DNA of 63,850 nucleotides, filler included, from Sluysia triapertura (Eukaryota), in NCBI GenBank assembly GCA_046118255.1. It is 5 parts of 5 records of this genome, joined end to end, with 100 filler letters (N's around TTAATTAATTAA, not from the genome) between each part and the next. Parts side by side here need not be neighbours in the genome. Positions count along the whole stretch, not along the records: positions 53,234 to 63,850 come from JBJNIA010193482.1; 4 more parts are not named here. One strand, given 5' to 3'. The notes below the pieces were generated by a model, which worked only from the letters and a program-made list of their open reading frames with translations, had not been told where the DNA came from and made no database searches. The position numbers and the translations under genes are program-made. Below are positions 62,450 to 63,850 of the stretch, piece after piece (the first letter of the stretch is position 1; every line of letters begins with the position of its first letter).

Positions 62450-62880
62450 TGTTGCACATCAAGAGAATTGTAAACATTTATATTATTTGAAAAGTTTCGA
62501 ACGAAACAATGTTCGTCATTTCTCGATCATACATATCAGTCACAAAGACCGTACATGCTTTAATTGTATTTCCCAATACAATGTCGTCGTGCATCAATAC
62601 GAAAACCTGATGGTACTTTCAATTACAATCCTCATGTTTATTGTAGTTTACACGGTGGTAAGGCAGGAATCTATCCAAATGAAGATGATTGTCTATAAGC
62701 TCATCAAAATGCAGCAGACAGTGAACGTCTTTATCATCTCCTCTAATATAAAACCGGTATATGCTTTTATGAAAATCAGAATCCGGTCAGTGTATTAAAT
62801 ATGGACAACATTGTGCATTTGCAGATGGATTCAAAGATTTAAGACAACGATCCATTAATGAAGAAAGTGAACACCATCAT
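62450..62880 (+). pseudogene. unk: unkempt (CCCH zinc-finger) pseudogene, intronless, with frameshifts and stops
   Basis: HLYYLKSF, HKDRTCF, KPDGTFNYNPHVYC...DDCL*AHQNAADSERLYHLL*YKTGICFYE...CIKYGQHCAFADGFKDLR matches Unkempt HYTYLKEF...DGTFNYSPDVYC...DTERRYHLRYYKTG.C...CVKNGPHCAFAHG..DLR. Confidence 0.85.
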
Positions 62881-63850
62881 AATCTACCTATGCAAATGGC
62901 GTCTCCTACAACTCGTGACTACATCAAAGATGACTATTTATGCACTAAAGTAAATTATTACATTTTAAAAACTTTATCAGATCATTGTGACTTAATTATT
63001 TTTATATATTAAGAAATCTATTTGACGTACGGCACGTGGCATGTTCAAAGAAGAACCAGAAATTAATATTTTATAAATCTAATATTATAATAAACATTTT
63101 TGTTAAATCACTTTATATGATATTAAATAAATGTTCTTGATCTTATTTTATACATAGATAAAAAACATTTAAAAATAATTTTATTTGATATAATTGAATT
63201 TAATATTGATTACAATTTATTAATTTTTATATGATTAATAAATTTAAAATATTATACAAATCCCCAAAATTCTTGGATTTAAAAAGGTTAATATTTTACG
63301 TAAAAGGTTGATCCTACACTAATTGTAGAATTAAAAAACGTAATAACAAATATCTTACGATTTCATGGTATACAAAATGCTCAGAATAAATCCTTGGTAA
63401 ACTTCAAACGAATTACCAAACCATTTATAAAATCTGACTTGAAAGAAGACTTTCACTCGCATTACTTTTGTTCAGATTTTATCTAAAAAACTTCTGACAA
63501 TTATAAAATTACTTAAAATGGGTCCGCCTATAATCTAAGTTATATATGTCACGGAAGACTTAGTAATATGTCAAGACTGCGAAAGATTCCTTACTGTATA
63601 ATAATGGAGGGTCTTTATATGTATGTTTTTTATTATTGTACTTATTGTACTTCTTTAATTAAATCTCAAATTACACTTTAACTAATAAACCAAAAACAAG
63701 AAAATATAATACTTAATCGTATTCTATGAAAAATTTATTATACAAATATTCAACAATTTCACAAGGAAATTCAAAAAAGCAATTTACAATAAATAATAGA
63801 TAATTTATTAAATTTTAGGATTTCTCCTAATTAAATTATAAAATACGATT

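Overview
This is very AT-rich, spliceosomal-intron-containing, repeat-rich eukaryotic (metazoan-type) DNA, not a prokaryote. It consists of five pieces (1-13030, 13131-24045, 24146-39006, 39107-53133, 53234-63850) joined by identical artificial 100-nt linkers (N44-TTAATTAATTAA-N44). Host genes reconstructed by phase-consistent splicing: the last two exons of an unknown gene, an intronless single-pass membrane protein, exon 1 of a PTPN9-like CRAL-TRIO protein, the last five exons of HYOU1/Grp170 (ending HVDL), a divergent BTB-like protein, six exons of gamma-tubulin complex component 2 (TUBGCP2), a C2H2-like zinc-finger protein and an unkempt pseudogene. Introns are either tiny (about 37-67 nt) or kilobases long and TE-filled. 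TEs include Tc1/mariner, hAT, piggyBac and pogo MITEs, L2/CR1 LINE and gypsy remnants, and a decayed Polinton/Maverick (integrase, penton, pPolB) inside a TUBGCP2 intron. Main candidates for something undescribed: (1) a ~160-bp TG...CA-bounded element with an internal tRNA-like (Pol III A/B box) core, in five copies. Two of these copies carry a NeSL/Utopia-type restriction-like-endonuclease non-LTR retrotransposon joined at exactly the same nucleotide, which suggests a site-specific retrotransposon parasitising another small mobile element. (2) A repeated module on two different contigs: (AAT)n tract, a 20-bp/33-nt/20-bp hairpin, a degenerate RecQ-helicase segment, then an Unkempt-like CCCH finger. 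All homology calls come from motif recognition by eye; no database searches were run.
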